Assembly (NCBI GenBank): GCA_964016885.1
Contig: OZ024763.1
Coordinates: 6,882,001-6,946,000 of the forward strand
Reading direction: 5' to 3'
DNA from: Eledone cirrhosa
Lineage: Eukaryota
DNA length: 64,000 nt
Shown in pieces: positions 40,547-54,636 of this stretch. Both the position numbers and the translations under genes were made by a program. The notes beneath the pieces are model-generated. The model saw only the letters and a program-made list of their open reading frames with translations, was not told the origin of the DNA and did not search any database. The number at the start of each line of letters is the position of its first letter. The stretch's first letter is position 1.

Positions 40547-41353
40547 AATATGGGTTTCTGTGTGTACAAAAAAAAACGAAACAAAACAAGATGTAACAAA
40601 ATAATGGAAACAAAGGAAAAATCCCCAATAGGGAGAAGACCACCGAGGGTTACTCGTGAAGAGAGCCCACAAAGCCCTTAATCACCCTGACCACCAGGCC
40701 ATGTGACCTCTCCCAGTTTTCCTTCCACAATATTACAGACATATGCTCAGGGCAGGCCCATTCTTGCCTCCGTCACCCACCGTAAGGATGAAAGACAAAG
40801 TTAACCTCAGCAGGATTTGAACTCAGAACATAATAATACATTAACATTTGTTCTTTCTCTTCTAAACCTCATTTAAAATGGATGACATAGATTTTACCAT
40901 TATTATTTTTGTTATTTTTATTTGGATTTAATTTCAATGAAATTATTTGATTCATTTGCATGTGTCGCTGTAGTGTTTGACTTTTATCTTCTGGAAGTAC
41001 AAAATAAATAGATACCTTCCCCTCCATCTCACCACACCCTTCATCATCATCCTGCAATCACCCCCCCCCTCTCAGTCCCTCACCCACCTTTAGTCTCACA
41101 CAAATCCTTTGTATCTATCTCTATACAATTGTTATTTTAATGTCTCTCTGCTGGATCACAAGTTGGTTGGCCTTTTTTTTCCTTTCTTTTTTTCCTAAAT
41201 TGCTTTCCTAATAGAATCAGTTTTTTGTTGTTGTTGTTTTTTTGTGGTTTTGGCTGACTTTTACTGGGGAATAAAATATGTATGCGTGTGTGTATATATT
41301 TATATATATGTATATATATATGTAGATATGTATATATATATGATGATGATGTA

Positions 41354-41388
<35 letters not shown>

Positions 41389-41464
41389 CGAAGGAAATGT
41401 GGTAAGGAAGCAGATGGACCATAACGCACCAAAGTGCTCAATACTTAGGGTAGTAGAGTGGGTG

Positions 41465-41576
41465 ATAGGAACGAGTAGGACCCCGGCGGCTGAGCTCAAG
41501 CCATTTCGACGGCTAATTCTGGTCCAGAATTAGCCGTCGAAACGGCTTGAGCTCAGCCATTGGGGTCCTACTCGTT

Positions 41577-41581
<5 letters not shown>
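41465..41581. repeat. 117-bp near-perfect palindrome within a TA-flanked dispersed element (about 41387-41581)
   Basis: 58-bp arms centred on T41523 with 4 non-Watson-Crick positions; related element at 63886-64000. Confidence 0.9.
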
Positions 41582-41635
<54 letters not shown>

Positions 41636-41874
41636 ATGTGTATACATGTGTGTTATAACTGCCCTCAACCTCTTCCTCAACTTAGTTGTATGTTTGCTGC
41701 AACTCTGAGTATCTTTAGCTAGCTCTGCTTGAGTGAGTGTAAGTACGTGCTTGAGTGTGTGCTTCAGAGAGTGTGAGAGAGTGAATGAAAGTGAGTGTTT
41801 TATGTCCAGTATTCCATGCATGTACAGATAGGACAAAGTCCAAAAGTTATCTTGGTTTCATAAGCATTGAGTGG

Positions 41875-41990
41875 AGGAAGTTCCATGGCCTAGTGGTTAC
41901 GGTGTTGGACAGACAGTCATAAGATCGTGGATTTCATTCTTGGGTCCTAGTATTGTGTAGTTTTCTAGAACAAGGTACTTCATTTCATGC
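41875..41990 (+). mobile_element. Old tRNA-SINE head (family B-like)
   Basis: ATGGCCTAGTGGTTA A box, decayed B box, AACAAGGTACTTCATTTCA central motif. Confidence 0.5.
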
Positions 41991-41997
41991 TGCTTTT

Positions 41998-42352
41998 CAT
42001 GATAGGACTGGGGCCCCTATTATTAAAATACCCAAGAAACGCCCTACTAAAAACAACCTCATAGGAAGCCAACTAAACCTACATAGGTGTGAGCTGTAAC
42101 AACATGATAGATTTGGGCCCCCTATCATTAAAACACCCAAGAAACCTCCTGTGAGATACAACCTCATTTTGAGGCCAACTAATCCAACAGAGGTATGAGA
42201 TGTAACATGATAAGACTGGAGTTCCTATCATTAAAACATCTGAGAAACTTCTTCTGAGATAGAACCTTGTAGGAGCCCAACTAAACCTATATAGGTGAGA
42301 GCTGTAAAAACATGATAGGACTGGGAGTCCCTTATCATTAAAACACCCAAGT
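41998..42352. repeat. Diverged tandem repeat of about 104 bp, about 3.5 units
   Basis: CATGATA...CCTATCATTAAAACA-type anchor recurs at about 41998, 42102, 42206 and 42311. Confidence 0.75.
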
Positions 42353-42695
42353 GTTTCCCAAAGGGGCTCTTCTTCTTCTTTGCCCACTTATTCCTGAGAG
42401 GGTCGTGGGGTCAGAATCCTAAAAAAAAACTCCCTCCTTTCAGCGGGTCCTGTCAGAAGCAACCGTCTCCAAGCCCCACTGAAAGCAACCGATCCCCAAG
42501 CGGGACCAGCCAAGCTCATGGATGTTATCCAACCATCTTGCTTGGGGTCTACCCCTGGGTCTCCTGCCGGTTGGTTTTGCCCATAAAATCTGTCCAGCGA
42601 TTCTTTCCTTCATGTTTTAATAAAATACATGCTAGTAGACCCAGGAATCCATTAACTTGATTTTTATCTATTCTTTTCAATAATTAACCCTTTAC

Positions 42696-43195
42696 CATTT
42701 ACATTACTCTATATATACTATTGTATTTTCACAGTAAAGGCTTTACTTCACATAATATCTCACATAACATTTACATTACTCTATATATACTATTGTATTT
42801 TCACAGTAAAGGCTTTACCTCACATAATATCTCACACAACATTTACATTATTCTATATATACTATTGTATTTTCACAGTAAAGGCTTTACCTCACATAAT
42901 ATCTCACACAACATTTACATTATTCTATATATACTATTGTATTTTCACAGTAAAGGCTTTACCTCACATAATATCTCACATAACATTTACATTACTCTAT
43001 ATATACTATTGTATTTTCACAGTAAAGGCTTTACCTCACATAATATCTCACACAACATTTACATTATTCTATATATACTATTGTATTTTCACAGTAAAGG
43101 CTTTACCTCACATAATATCTCACATAACATTTACATTACTCTATATATACTATTGTATTTTCACAGTAAAGGCTTTATCCCACATAATTATCTCA
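42696..43195. repeat. 72-bp AT-rich minisatellite, about 7 units
   Basis: 24-aa periodicity in the spurious ORF 42721-43236. Confidence 0.9.
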
Positions 43196-43566
43196 CAAGC
43201 TCATGGATGTTATCCATTCTAACCACATGTCCATAGTATCGGAGCTGTGATCTCCCAATTCAGAGAAGTACCAGCTCTACTTGGAGTGGGTTCCATGTAA
43301 AAATTCTGTGATTTTTCTGTTGATTCTTTGGGGATTGTTGTTGTTGTAGTTGTCCCCCCCCCTCCACAGTATATAAAGAGGGTGATAATGATGGTGGTGG
43401 CGGTAGGGGAGGGTGTTGACATGTGGGGAAGGTCTATATTTAAAATAGTTGTCCAAATGAGATGTAGAGGTGGTGGGGGAGATTGTGTGATTGTGATGCA
43501 ACAACATTGAATAGTAATGGGGTAGAGCTGAGAACTGTGTGTGTGTATATATATGTGTGCATGTGC

Positions 43567-43598
<32 letters not shown>

Positions 43599-43633
43599 AT
43601 ATATATATATATGTGTGTGTGTGTTTAGGTATA

Positions 43634-43676
<43 letters not shown>

Positions 43677-43682
43677 ATACTG

Positions 43683-43713
<31 letters not shown>

Positions 43714-43862
43714 ATATATATATGTGTGTGTGTATATATATATATGTGTGTGTGTATATATATATATGTGTGTGTGTGTTTAGGTATATGTGTGTGTATA
43801 TATATATATGTGTGTGTGTGTGTGTATATATATATGTGTGTGTGTTTAGGTATATATGTATG

Positions 43863-43942
<80 letters not shown>

Positions 43943-44691
43943 GGTTGGGGAAACTGAGGTGAGAGTGAGAGCGAAGGGAAACCCACATTGTAGGTCAACC
44001 AGGGTGAGGGGTCAACCAAGGTCAGAGGTTGAGAGATGTCAGTAAGGTTGAGATGATGGATTGACTAATAAGGCAGATGACATTTTCTGGAACTGACCCA
44101 GGATTTCAATAACTGTTTGTATGTGTGTGTGCGTGAAAGCTTGTGTATGTGTGTGAGAGAGAGAGAGAGAGAGGTGTATGGGTGTGAGGGGTGTAGAGCA
44201 GACTAGGACAGAGCTTACATTACTATAGATGTTAGTTTAGACATAGGGGTGACCCAGGATGTCCAATATCTGGTTGGGGGAGGGGGGGGGGGTAGACCAG
44301 GCCATGACTATTACTACAGACCCAGGGGTGACACAGGATTTAAGTGTCTGTCAAGGTGGGTCATGATAGCAATGACCCACCAAATGTTTTATCACAACTC
44401 ACAAATTTTCACATACCAGTTTTTAATATTAAAAAAAATGTTCATATCACACCGAGCCATTTCAACACATTTACACACACACATCACATCCACACATCAC
44501 ATCCACACACACACACACACACATCACATCCACACACATCACATCCACACACACACATACATACACACACATCACATCCACACACACACATACATACATA
44601 CATACACATACATACATACATACACATACATACATACACACACATACATACATACACATACATACATACACATACACACACACACACACAT

Positions 44692-44730
<39 letters not shown>

Positions 44731-44893
44731 TACACACGCACACATACATACACACATACATACATACATACATACATACATACACAGGCACACATATAGA
44801 AATACCTCTCTTAAAACATATACACACACACAGACAGATAGACAGATGCACAGACACACACACAGACAGAGAGACAGACAGACAGACACACTC

Positions 44894-44936
<43 letters not shown>

Positions 44937-45159
44937 CAGTCACAGACAGACAGACAGACACAGTCACAGACAGACAGACAGACACAGTCACAGACAGACA
45001 GACAGACACAGTCACAGACAGACAGACACAGACACAGACAGACAGATGTACAGACATCTGTTAATAGGAATGTGATCTGTCGCTAATGAAATGCCTGAGA
45101 TTCATTAGGAATATAGAAATATGGCCATAAATATTCTGTTATTTTCATTAACATTCTTT

Positions 45160-45190
<31 letters not shown>

Positions 45191-45255
45191 CCATCATTAT
45201 CATCACCATCATCATCATGATCACCACCATCATCACCATCACCATCATTATCATC

Positions 45256-45287
<32 letters not shown>

Positions 45288-45419
45288 CACCATCATCATC
45301 ACCACCATCACCATCATCATCACCACCATCATCATCATCATCACCACCATCATCATCATCATCACACCATCATCGCCATCACCATTATTATTATTATTAT
45401 TATTATTAGTAATACAGTA

Positions 45420-45636
45420 AATTGTCAGTATTGATGGAGCGTCAGACGCCATGCTTTGTGGCATGGTGTTATGGCCCTTTGTGTTCTGAGTTCAAATCCC
45501 ACCGAGGTTAGCTTTACCTTGCCTTTCATCCTTACGGGGGTCGATAAAATAAAGTACCAGTAATGCACTAGGGTCGATTTAATCGACTTTCCCTTCCCCC
45601 AAAAATTGCTGGCCTTGTGCCTAAAGTAAAAACAAT
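45420..45636 (+). mobile_element. SINE family A
   Basis: B box GAGTTCAAATCCC with central and tail motifs. Confidence 0.85.
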
Positions 45637-46039
45637 TACTATTACTAGCAGAAAACCACCCTTCACGGGTGGTTTTCTGCTATCATGTGTAGTGTGTATG
45701 TTGATATTATACGCAAGTATACATACATGTACATATGATATGTCAAATAACATTGTAATTGACAATATCCACAGAAATTGAACCAAGACTGTGTTACACT
45801 GTCTTATGTAATCAGTAACGTAATCCATGATACATTAAAAAAGACGATATTATATATAAACTGCATTACAGTGAAAACGAAAAAGGAGAAAATTAAGCAA
45901 CAGAAATATAAACGTTGTGATATAACGATGGAAATATATGAACATTTATATAAGCGATATGATATAGCGTCCATTATATAATAACCGGAAGTATTGACAT
46001 TTGAAAAATTTTAAAGAACTGAATCTTAAAATAAGCAAT

Positions 46040-46390
46040 CATTATCATTCATCATTTATCATTTCATTTTACGTCCACTTTTCACTGCTTGCAAGGGTGG
46101 GACGGGAACTGATTCTGGCTTGATTTCTACAGCTGGATGCCCTTCCTAACACCAACCTCATTTACAGTGAGTGCTGGGTGCTTTTTTGCCGTGGCACCTC
46201 CACGACCACTTTGCAATGGAATGATAGGGACCCCAGTCCCTATCATCTCATTTCTACAGCTGAGTAAACTGGAGCAATGTAAAATAAAGTTCCTTGCTCA
46301 AGGAAACAACACATCACCCGGTCTGAGAATTGAACTCACAACCTTTCGATTGCAAGGCCAATGCTCTAACCCCTAAGCCATGTGCCTCCA
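46040..46390 (-). mobile_element. SINE family B (tRNA head plus RTE tail), second copy
   Basis: Nearly identical to 11740-12077 over its full length. Confidence 0.85.
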
Positions 46391-46494
46391 TTATATTTAT
46401 GTTTAATCAGCAATTACTAAATTTAGTAGATAAATTATGTAATATTCATTATTTATTCAAAGTAATCCAACTTATTTTACTAACAGATAAAATA

Positions 46495-46735
46495 ATTGTT
46501 TCTACTTTTGGCACAAGGCCAGCAATTACCCCGTACATTACTGGTACTTTATTTTATCGACCCCGTAAGGATGAAGACACAATCTCGCACTCCTCTCTTT
46601 ATTATATTATTATTGTTGTGTTATTCAAATCCCGCCGAGGTTGACTTTGCCTTTCATCCTTACGGGGTCGATAAAATAAAGTACCAGTAATACACTGGGT
46701 AATTGCTGGCCTTGTGTCTAAAGTAGAAACAATTA
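46495..46735. mobile_element. Two SINE family A fragments in inverted orientation, about 45 bp apart
   Basis: 46495-46575 is the reverse complement of about 46652-46735. Confidence 0.8.
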
Positions 46736-46741
46736 TTATTG

Positions 46742-47484
46742 TTGTGTTATTCCGTTTAGCTCAGTTCTGTCTCTCTATTGCCAGGTTCAGACCTTAAACC
46801 TAGGGCTATAGAGGTTTTCATTGTAGAGAGAGAACTCGTCTGAGAATGTGAGCTGTTCCTCGTAGCCTGATCTCCTGGAGCTCATATTTGCTGATCTTGC
46901 AAGGAAGGACGCTAAGGTGCAGATCTGAGGATTTGGGTATTAATCCTAATGCCCCTATTACCCCAGGGATAGTGTTTGTTGTCATCCTCCACATTTGGTT
47001 GATCTCTATTTCCAGGTCTTTGTATTTTGACAGTTTTCCCATTGTTTTTACAGATGTATTCTTGTCAACTGGTATGGAAATATCTGTTTTGTTTTTTATG
47101 ACAATATCTGGTCTGTTGGCAGCGATTTCTTGGCCGCTTATAACAGGCATATCCCTCAAGATGGATATGTTGCCATTTTCCATGATTGTTTTTGATTGAT
47201 GTTCATACCATTTGTCAGAGGTTTAGATGTCATGAAAGCGACAGAGCATCCAGTGCACATATTTGGCAATGCAGTTATGTCTTTCTATATAGTCAGTTTT
47301 TGCCAGCTCTTGACATCCAGAGATAACATGATCTACCATTTCTTCACATTTGCAGCATATTCTGCTTAGCAGGCTAGTCCCATCTTGTGCAGCAACTAAG
47401 AGTCCCTCAGCCTCTGCTTTCAAACCAGCACTTCTAAGCCAGGATAGTGAGCCATGCTGATCAATATCATTGTCAGAAAGTCGT
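46742..47484 (-). pseudogene. 5'-truncated R4/Dong-clade non-LTR retrotransposon (zinc knuckle plus restriction-like endonuclease)
   Basis: WLRSAGLKAEAEGLLVAAQD...C...EMVDHVISGC...YIERHNCIA...NRPDIVI...DISIP...KYKDL...IPGVIGALG...TAHILRRVL, with stops and deletions; both ends abut (TTA/TAA)n. Confidence 0.85.
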
Positions 47485-48269
47485 TATTATTATTAAAAAT
47501 AAAGTACCAGTAACCCACTGGGGTCAATTTAATTGACTTGCCCCATCTTCAAAGTTATTTTGCAGGAGTGACTTTTTCACATCCAACAGTTGATGTAAAC
47601 TGATATATTTACATACTTAGCTGTTTTGGTTAGGAACCTTTGTTTAGTAAACTGTGTGGTACAGGACTGAGAGTACAGGATACCCATGGATAGGATACCA
47701 GTCCATTGCAGGGTTAAACTCTGTTTAAATACTCTAGAGCTCACCAGGTCTTAGCTTTTTCCTGTTCCATTGGTGACTGAGAGTATATGACAACCCTGGA
47801 CAGGGTACTAGTCCATTACAGGGTTAAAGTTTATCTAAATATCCCAGAGACTCACCAGGCCAGAGTTTATCTCGGTTTCATTGCTGTTAACTTACTGAAA
47901 GTACAAGACTGTCCCATTTTGAAAATTTGGTAATTCAATTAACTTCCCCAATAATTATAATGAAAGACACTGTCCTCTATAATTCATTAATTTTTTCAAA
48001 AATAATTTTGAAAATAATGAGATTTAGTAATATAACTTTCTCATTATTCAGCTGGTACTTGGAGCATAACTTAACAAAGGTTCTTACATAGAATTATGAT
48101 GGAAGGCTGTTTAGATAAATATAAACATTAAAATAAACAGATTCGTATCATAGAACCAGAGGTGGTTTCATGAGGTTTCATATCAAAAGGGTTAAGTTAG
48201 CGCTTGGAACATAACTTAACAAAATTTCTTACATAAAATTATGATGGAAGGTTTTTAGCTATAAACACT

Positions 48270-48502
48270 TTAACCCACTTGTTACCATATTTCTAATAAT
48301 AGACACTGTTTATAGTTTTTCAAGTATATTTTTTAAATAATCAAGAATTGGGAGAGATTTAGTAATATAACTAAATTTCTCATTATTAAGTTAGTATTTG
48401 GAATATAACTCAACAAAGGTGGAAGGTTTTTAGATAAATATAAACAGTTTTGTATCGTAGAACCAGAAATAGTTTCAGGTGGTTTGGTATCAAAAGGGTT
48501 AA
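48270..48502 (+). mobile_element. Complete piggyBac-type MITE (about 230 bp); further partial copies at 47955-48270
   Basis: TTAA-CCCACTTGTTACCA ... TGGTATCAAAAGGG-TTAA: TTAA target site and CCC...GGG imperfect TIRs. Confidence 0.7.
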
Positions 48503-48979
48503 ACTATTACTACACCCTGTCACCTCTACAGCACACCGCCATTACCACCACAATTACCACCACCACCACTACCACCTTTACCACCACTACCATTACCACC
48601 ACCACCATTACAACCACCACCATTACCACCACCACCATCACCGCCACTACCACCACCATTACCAACACACCACCCCACCACCACCACTACACCACCCCAC
48701 CACCACTACCATTACCACCACCACCACTACACCACCCCACCACCACCACTACACCACCCCACCACCACTACACCACCCCACCACCACTACCATTACCACC
48801 ACCACCACCACCACTACACCACCCCACCACCACTACCATTACCACCACCACCACCACCACCACTACACCACCCCACCACCACCACTACACCACCCCACCA
48901 CCACTACACCACCCCACCACCACTACCATTACCACCACCACCACCACCACCACTACACCACCCCACCACCACCACCACA

Positions 48980-50200
48980 TGGTATTGCAGCTGCATGTGT
49001 CTGTCTTCACACTGCAGATGTCCTTATCTCTGTTACTGCTGCAGCTGCTGCCGCTATGTCTGAGAGACTGCTGCTGGTGGTGGTGGTGGTGCTGCTGCTG
49101 TGTCTGGAGAGACATCTGCTTCTCCTCATGCTGCTGCTGCTGATGGTGGTGGTGGTGGTGGTGGTGGTGGTGGTGTATCTGGTGCTGATGGTGCTGATGG
49201 TGCTAGTATATCTGGCGTTGCTGCTGTTGTTGATGCTGCTGCTGCTGATGGTGGTGGTGGTGTATCTGGTGCTGATGGTGCTGATGGTGCTAGTATGTCT
49301 GGTGTTGCTGCTGTTGTTGATGCTGCTGCTGCTGAAGATGCTAGTAGGGCTGTTGATAGTGCATTGTCTACGAGACTGCTGCTGTTGGTGCTGCTGCTGT
49401 TGATGGTGCTAGTGGTGCTGCTGGTGGTGCTGGTGGTGGTGCTGGTGCTGCTGTTGGTGGTGCTGGTGGTGGTGCTGCTGTTGTTGATGGTGCTAGTGGT
49501 GCTGCTGCTGTTGATGGTGCTGCTGGTGGTGCTGGTGGTGCTGCTGGTGGTGCTGCTGGTGGTGCTGGTGGTGGTGCTGATGGTGTTAGTGCTGCTGCTG
49601 GTGTTGCATTGTCTGGGTGACTGCTGCAGCTGGTGTTGGTGCTGCTGCTGCTGATGCTGATGTTGCATTGTCTGGGTGACTGCTGCAGCTGGTGTTGGTG
49701 CTGCTGATAGTGTTTGTGCTGCTGCTGCTGGTGTTGCATTGTCTGGGTGACTGCTGCTGCTGCTGATGGTGCTATATAGTCTAATATGTCTGAGAGACTG
49801 CTGGTGATGCTGCTGCTGTTGATGTTACTCCTGCTGTTAGTGCTGCTGTTGTTACTGCTGCAGTTGCTGCTTCTGTTGCTCTACTGTCCTTACTGTTGCT
49901 GCTGTTGTCGTAATTGTTGCTGTTACTGTTGCTGCTGTTGTTGTTACTGTTGTTGCTGTTGCTGTTACTGTTGTTGTTGTTGCTGTTGCTGCTGCTGTTG
50001 CTGTTACTGTTGCTGCTGTTGTTGTTACTGTTGCTGCTGCTGTTGTTGTTACTGTTGCTGCTGCTGTTGCTGTTACTGTTGCTGCTGTTGTTGTTACTGT
50101 TGCTGTTGTGCTGTTACTGTTGCTGCTGTTGTTGTTACTGTTGCTGCTGCTGTTGCTGTTACTGTTGCTGCTGTTGTTGTTGTTGTTGCTGTTGTTGTTA
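48980..50200. repeat. CTG/GTG/TTG-rich low-complexity region with internal duplications
   Basis: No frame stays open across it on either strand. Confidence 0.7.
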
Positions 50201-51505
50201 CTTTGGACAAGAACATTGAATCATCTAACACCTCTGTGTGGGGTGTGTTGAGGTGTGTGGGGTGTGTATGTGTGTGTTGAGGTGTGTTAAGGTGTGTATG
50301 TGTGTGTTGACGTGTGTATGTTTGTGTTAAGGTGTGTATGTGTGTGTTGACGTGTGTATGTGTGTGTTGACGTGTGTATGTGTGTGTTAAGGTGTGTATG
50401 TGTGTGTATGTGTGTGTTGACGTGTGTATGTGTGTGTTGAGGTGTGTTAAGGTGTGTATGTGTGTGTTGACGTGTGTATGTGTGTGTTGAGGTGTGTATG
50501 TGAAGGTGGGTGTTGGGAAAATAAGGTGTGTATGTGTGTTGTGTGTGTGGGGGGGGAGGGTTTGATGTGTGTGTTTCAATGGTGGTGAGGTGTGACTGTG
50601 TCTAATGTGTCTGTGTGTGTATGTGTGATGTATATGTAGGTATGTATGTGTGATACATATGTAGGTATGTATGTGTGATGTGTATGCAGGTATGTATGTA
50701 TATATATATATAAGATGTGTCTGTGTGTGTATGTGTGATGCATATGTAGGTATGTATGTGTGATGTGTATGCAGGTATGTATGTATATATATATATAAGA
50801 TGTGTCTGTGTGTGTATGTGTGATGCATATGTAGGTATGTATGTGTGATGTGTATGCAGGTATGTATGTATATATACATGTATATGTATATATATATATA
50901 TACACACATGTATATAAGATGTGTCTGTGTGTCCCCGCCCTATCCGATCAGTCCCCCCTCCCACACACACCCATTCCCCACCCCCACCAACAGACAATGC
51001 CACTGATGAATGAATGAATCAGGGAATGCAATGTGTGGAATCTCACTGTCACATACACACACACATTCACACACATACACACACATACACACATTCACGC
51101 TCATGTGCACACACACACATTCACACACATACACACACATACACACATTCACGCTCATGTGCACACACACACATTCACACACATACACACATACACACAT
51201 TCACGCTCATGTGCACACATACATACGCACACACATACACACATTCACGCTCATGTGCACACACACACATACACACACATACACACATTCACGCTCATGT
51301 GCACACAAACACATACGCACACACATACACACATTCATGCTCATGTGCACACAAACACATACACACATTCATGCTCATGTGCACACAAACACATATGCAC
51401 ACACATACACACATTCATGCTCATGTGCACACACACACTCCTGTGAACACACACGCACACACACTCTCACGCCCATGTGTACACACACACACTCACTACT
51501 GCACA

Positions 51506-54268
51506 CATTACCATATTTCTAATGAAAGACACTGTCTATATCTTTAACCCTTTCATTACCATATTTCTAGTGAAAGACACTGTCTATGTCATTAACCCTT
51601 TCATTACCATATTTCTAGTGAAAGACACTGTCTATGTCTTTAACCCTTCCATTACCATATTTCTAATGAAAGACACTGTCTATGTCATTAACCCTTTCAT
51701 TACCATATTTCTAATGAAAGACACTGTCTATGTCATTAACTCTTCCATTACCATATTTCTAATGAAAGACACTGTCTATGTCATTAACTCTTCCATTACC
51801 ATATTTCTAATGAAAGACACTGTCTATGTCATTAACTCTTCCATTACCATATTTCTAATGAAAGACACTGTCTATGTCATTAACCCTTTCATTACCATAT
51901 TTCTAATGAAAGACACTGTCTATGTCATTAACCCTTTCATTACCATATTTCTAATGAAAGACACTGTCTATGTCATTAACCCTTTCATTACCATATTTCT
52001 AATGAAAGACACTGTCTATGTCATTAACCCTTTCATTACCATATTTCTAATGAAAGACACTGTCTATGTCATTAACTCTTCCATTACCATATTTCTAATG
52101 AAAGACACTGTCTATGTCATTAACTCTTCCATTACCATATTTCTAATGAAAGACACTGTCTATGTCATTAACTCTTCCATTACCATATTTCTAATGAAAG
52201 ACACTGTCTATGTCTTTAACCCTTTCATTACCATATTTCTAATGAAAGACACTGTCTATGTCATTAACCCTTTCATTACCATATTTCTAATGAAAGACAC
52301 TGTCTATGTCTTTAACCCTTTCATTACCATATTTCTAATGAAAGACACTGTCTATGTCTTTAACCCTTTCATTACCATATTTCTAATGAAAGACACTGTC
52401 TATGTCTTTAACCCTTTCATTACCATATTTCTAATGAAACACACTGTCTATGTCTTTAACCCTTTCATTACCATATTTCTAATGAAAGACACTGTCTATG
52501 TCTTTAACCCTTTCATTACCATATTTCTAATGAAAGACACTGTCTATGTCATTAACCCTTTCATTACCATATTTCTAATGAAAGACACTGTCTATGTCAT
52601 TAACTCTTCCATTACCATATTTCTAATGAAAGACACTGTCTATGTCATTAACTCTTCCATTACCATATTTCTAATGAAAGACACTGTCTATGTCATTAAC
52701 TCTTCCATTACCATATTTCTAATGAAAGACACTGTCTATGTCATTAACTCTTCCATTACCATATTTCTAATGAAAGACACTGTCTATGTCATTAACCCTT
52801 TCATTACCATATTTCTAATGAAAGACACTGTCTATGTCATTAACCCTTTCATTACCATATTTCTAATGAAAGACACTGTCTATGTCATTAACCCTTTCAT
52901 TACCATATTTCTAATGAAAGACACTGTCTATGTCATTAACCCTTTCATTACCATATTTCTAATGAAAGACACTGTCTATGTCATTAATCCTTTCATTACC
53001 ATATTTCTAATGAAATACGCTGTCTATGTCTTTAACCCTTTCATTACCATATTTCTAATGAAAGACACTGTCTATGTCATTAATCCTTTCATTACCATAT
53101 TTCTAATGAAATACACTGTCTATGTCTTTAACCCTTTCATTACCATATTTCTAATGAAAGACACTGTCTATGTCATTAATCCTTTCATTACCATATTTCT
53201 AATGAAATACACTGTCTATGTCTTTAACCCTTTCATTACCATATTTCTAATGAAAGACACTGTCTATCTCTTTAACCCTTTCATTACCATATTTCTAATG
53301 AAAGACACTGTCTATGTCATTAACCCTTTCATTATCATATTTCTAATGAAAGACACTGTCTATGTCTTTAACCCTTTCATTATCATATTTCTAATGAAAG
53401 ACACTGTCTATCTCTTTAACCCTTTCATTACCATATTTCTAATGAAAGACACTGTCTATGTCATTAACCCTTTCATTACCATATTTCTAATGAAAGACAC
53501 TGTCTATGTCTTTAACCCTTTCATTATCATATTTCTAATGAAAGACACTGTCTATGTCTTTAACCCTTTCATTACCATATTTCTAATGAAAGACACTGTC
53601 TATGTCTTTAACCCTTTCATTATCATATTTCTAATGAAAGACACTGTCTATGTCTTTAACCCTTTCATTACCATATTTCTAATGAAAGACACTGTCTATG
53701 TCTTTAACCCTTTCATTATCATATTTCTAATGAAAGACACTGTCTATGTCTTTAACCCTTTCATTATCATATTTCTAATGAAAGACACTGTCTATGTCTT
53801 TAACCCTTTCATTACCATATTTCTAATGAAAGACACTGTCTATGTCTTTAACCCTTTCATTATCATATTTCTAATGAAAGACACTGTCTATGTCTTTAAC
53901 CCTTTCATTACCATATTTCTAATGAAAGACACTGTCTATGTCTTTAACCCTTTCATTATCATATTTCTAATGAAAGACACTGTCTATGTCTTTAACCCTT
54001 TCATTACCATATTTCTAATGAAAGACACTGTCTATGTCATTAATCCTTTCATTACCATATTTCTAATGAAATACACTGTCTATGTCTTTAACCCTTTCAT
54101 TATCATATTTCTAATGAAAGACACTGTCTATGTCTTTAACCCTTTCATTACCATATTTCTAATGAAAGACACTACCTATGTCTTTAACCCTTTCATTACC
54201 ATATTTCTAATGAAATACACTGTCGATGTCATTAACCCTTTCATTACCTTATTTCTAATGAAAGACAC
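51506..54268 (+). repeat. 48-bp MITE-left-end minisatellite, about 57 units
   Basis: 16-aa period in the spurious 942-aa ORF; variants occur in blocks; MITE internal sequence follows at 54270-54320. Confidence 0.95.
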
Positions 54269-54636
54269 AACCTGTAGTTCTCAGATATTTTTGAAAATAA
54301 TTTAAATTTTGGAGAGATTTTGCAACAACTAAAGCCAGCTGCTTGCTACAGATTTTTGACCATCCCCTTCCTTCCTTTTACACACACATACATTCACACA
54401 AACACACACACATTGTGTGAGAGACAGACCATGCAGTACTGTCTGGTCAGGCTCGTCAACAGTCACATGCTGGGTTGTTTTTCATTTTTCATGGATGTAC
54501 CTAAAACCAGGGGTGATTTCATCAGATAGTCTCTTATAAAAATGGTTAAAACCAACAGTTTTGTCTCAGAAACACGGATGGTTTCATCAAACATTTTGGT
54601 TTGATACAAATAGAGTTAGAACCATCAGTTTCGTCT

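Noticed and set aside
39290-40672. 448-460-aa Cys/Pro-rich ORFs
   Set aside because: Translation of a 10-bp minisatellite cycling through frames.
48980-50235. Gln/Ser/Ala/Thr-rich protein-like region
   Set aside because: Every frame is broken by stops or frameshifts, and internal duplications are not frame-preserving.
51477-54305. 942-aa ORF
   Set aside because: Pure 16-aa periodic translation of a 48-bp TE-derived minisatellite; sister arrays contain frame-breaking 47- and 56-bp units.
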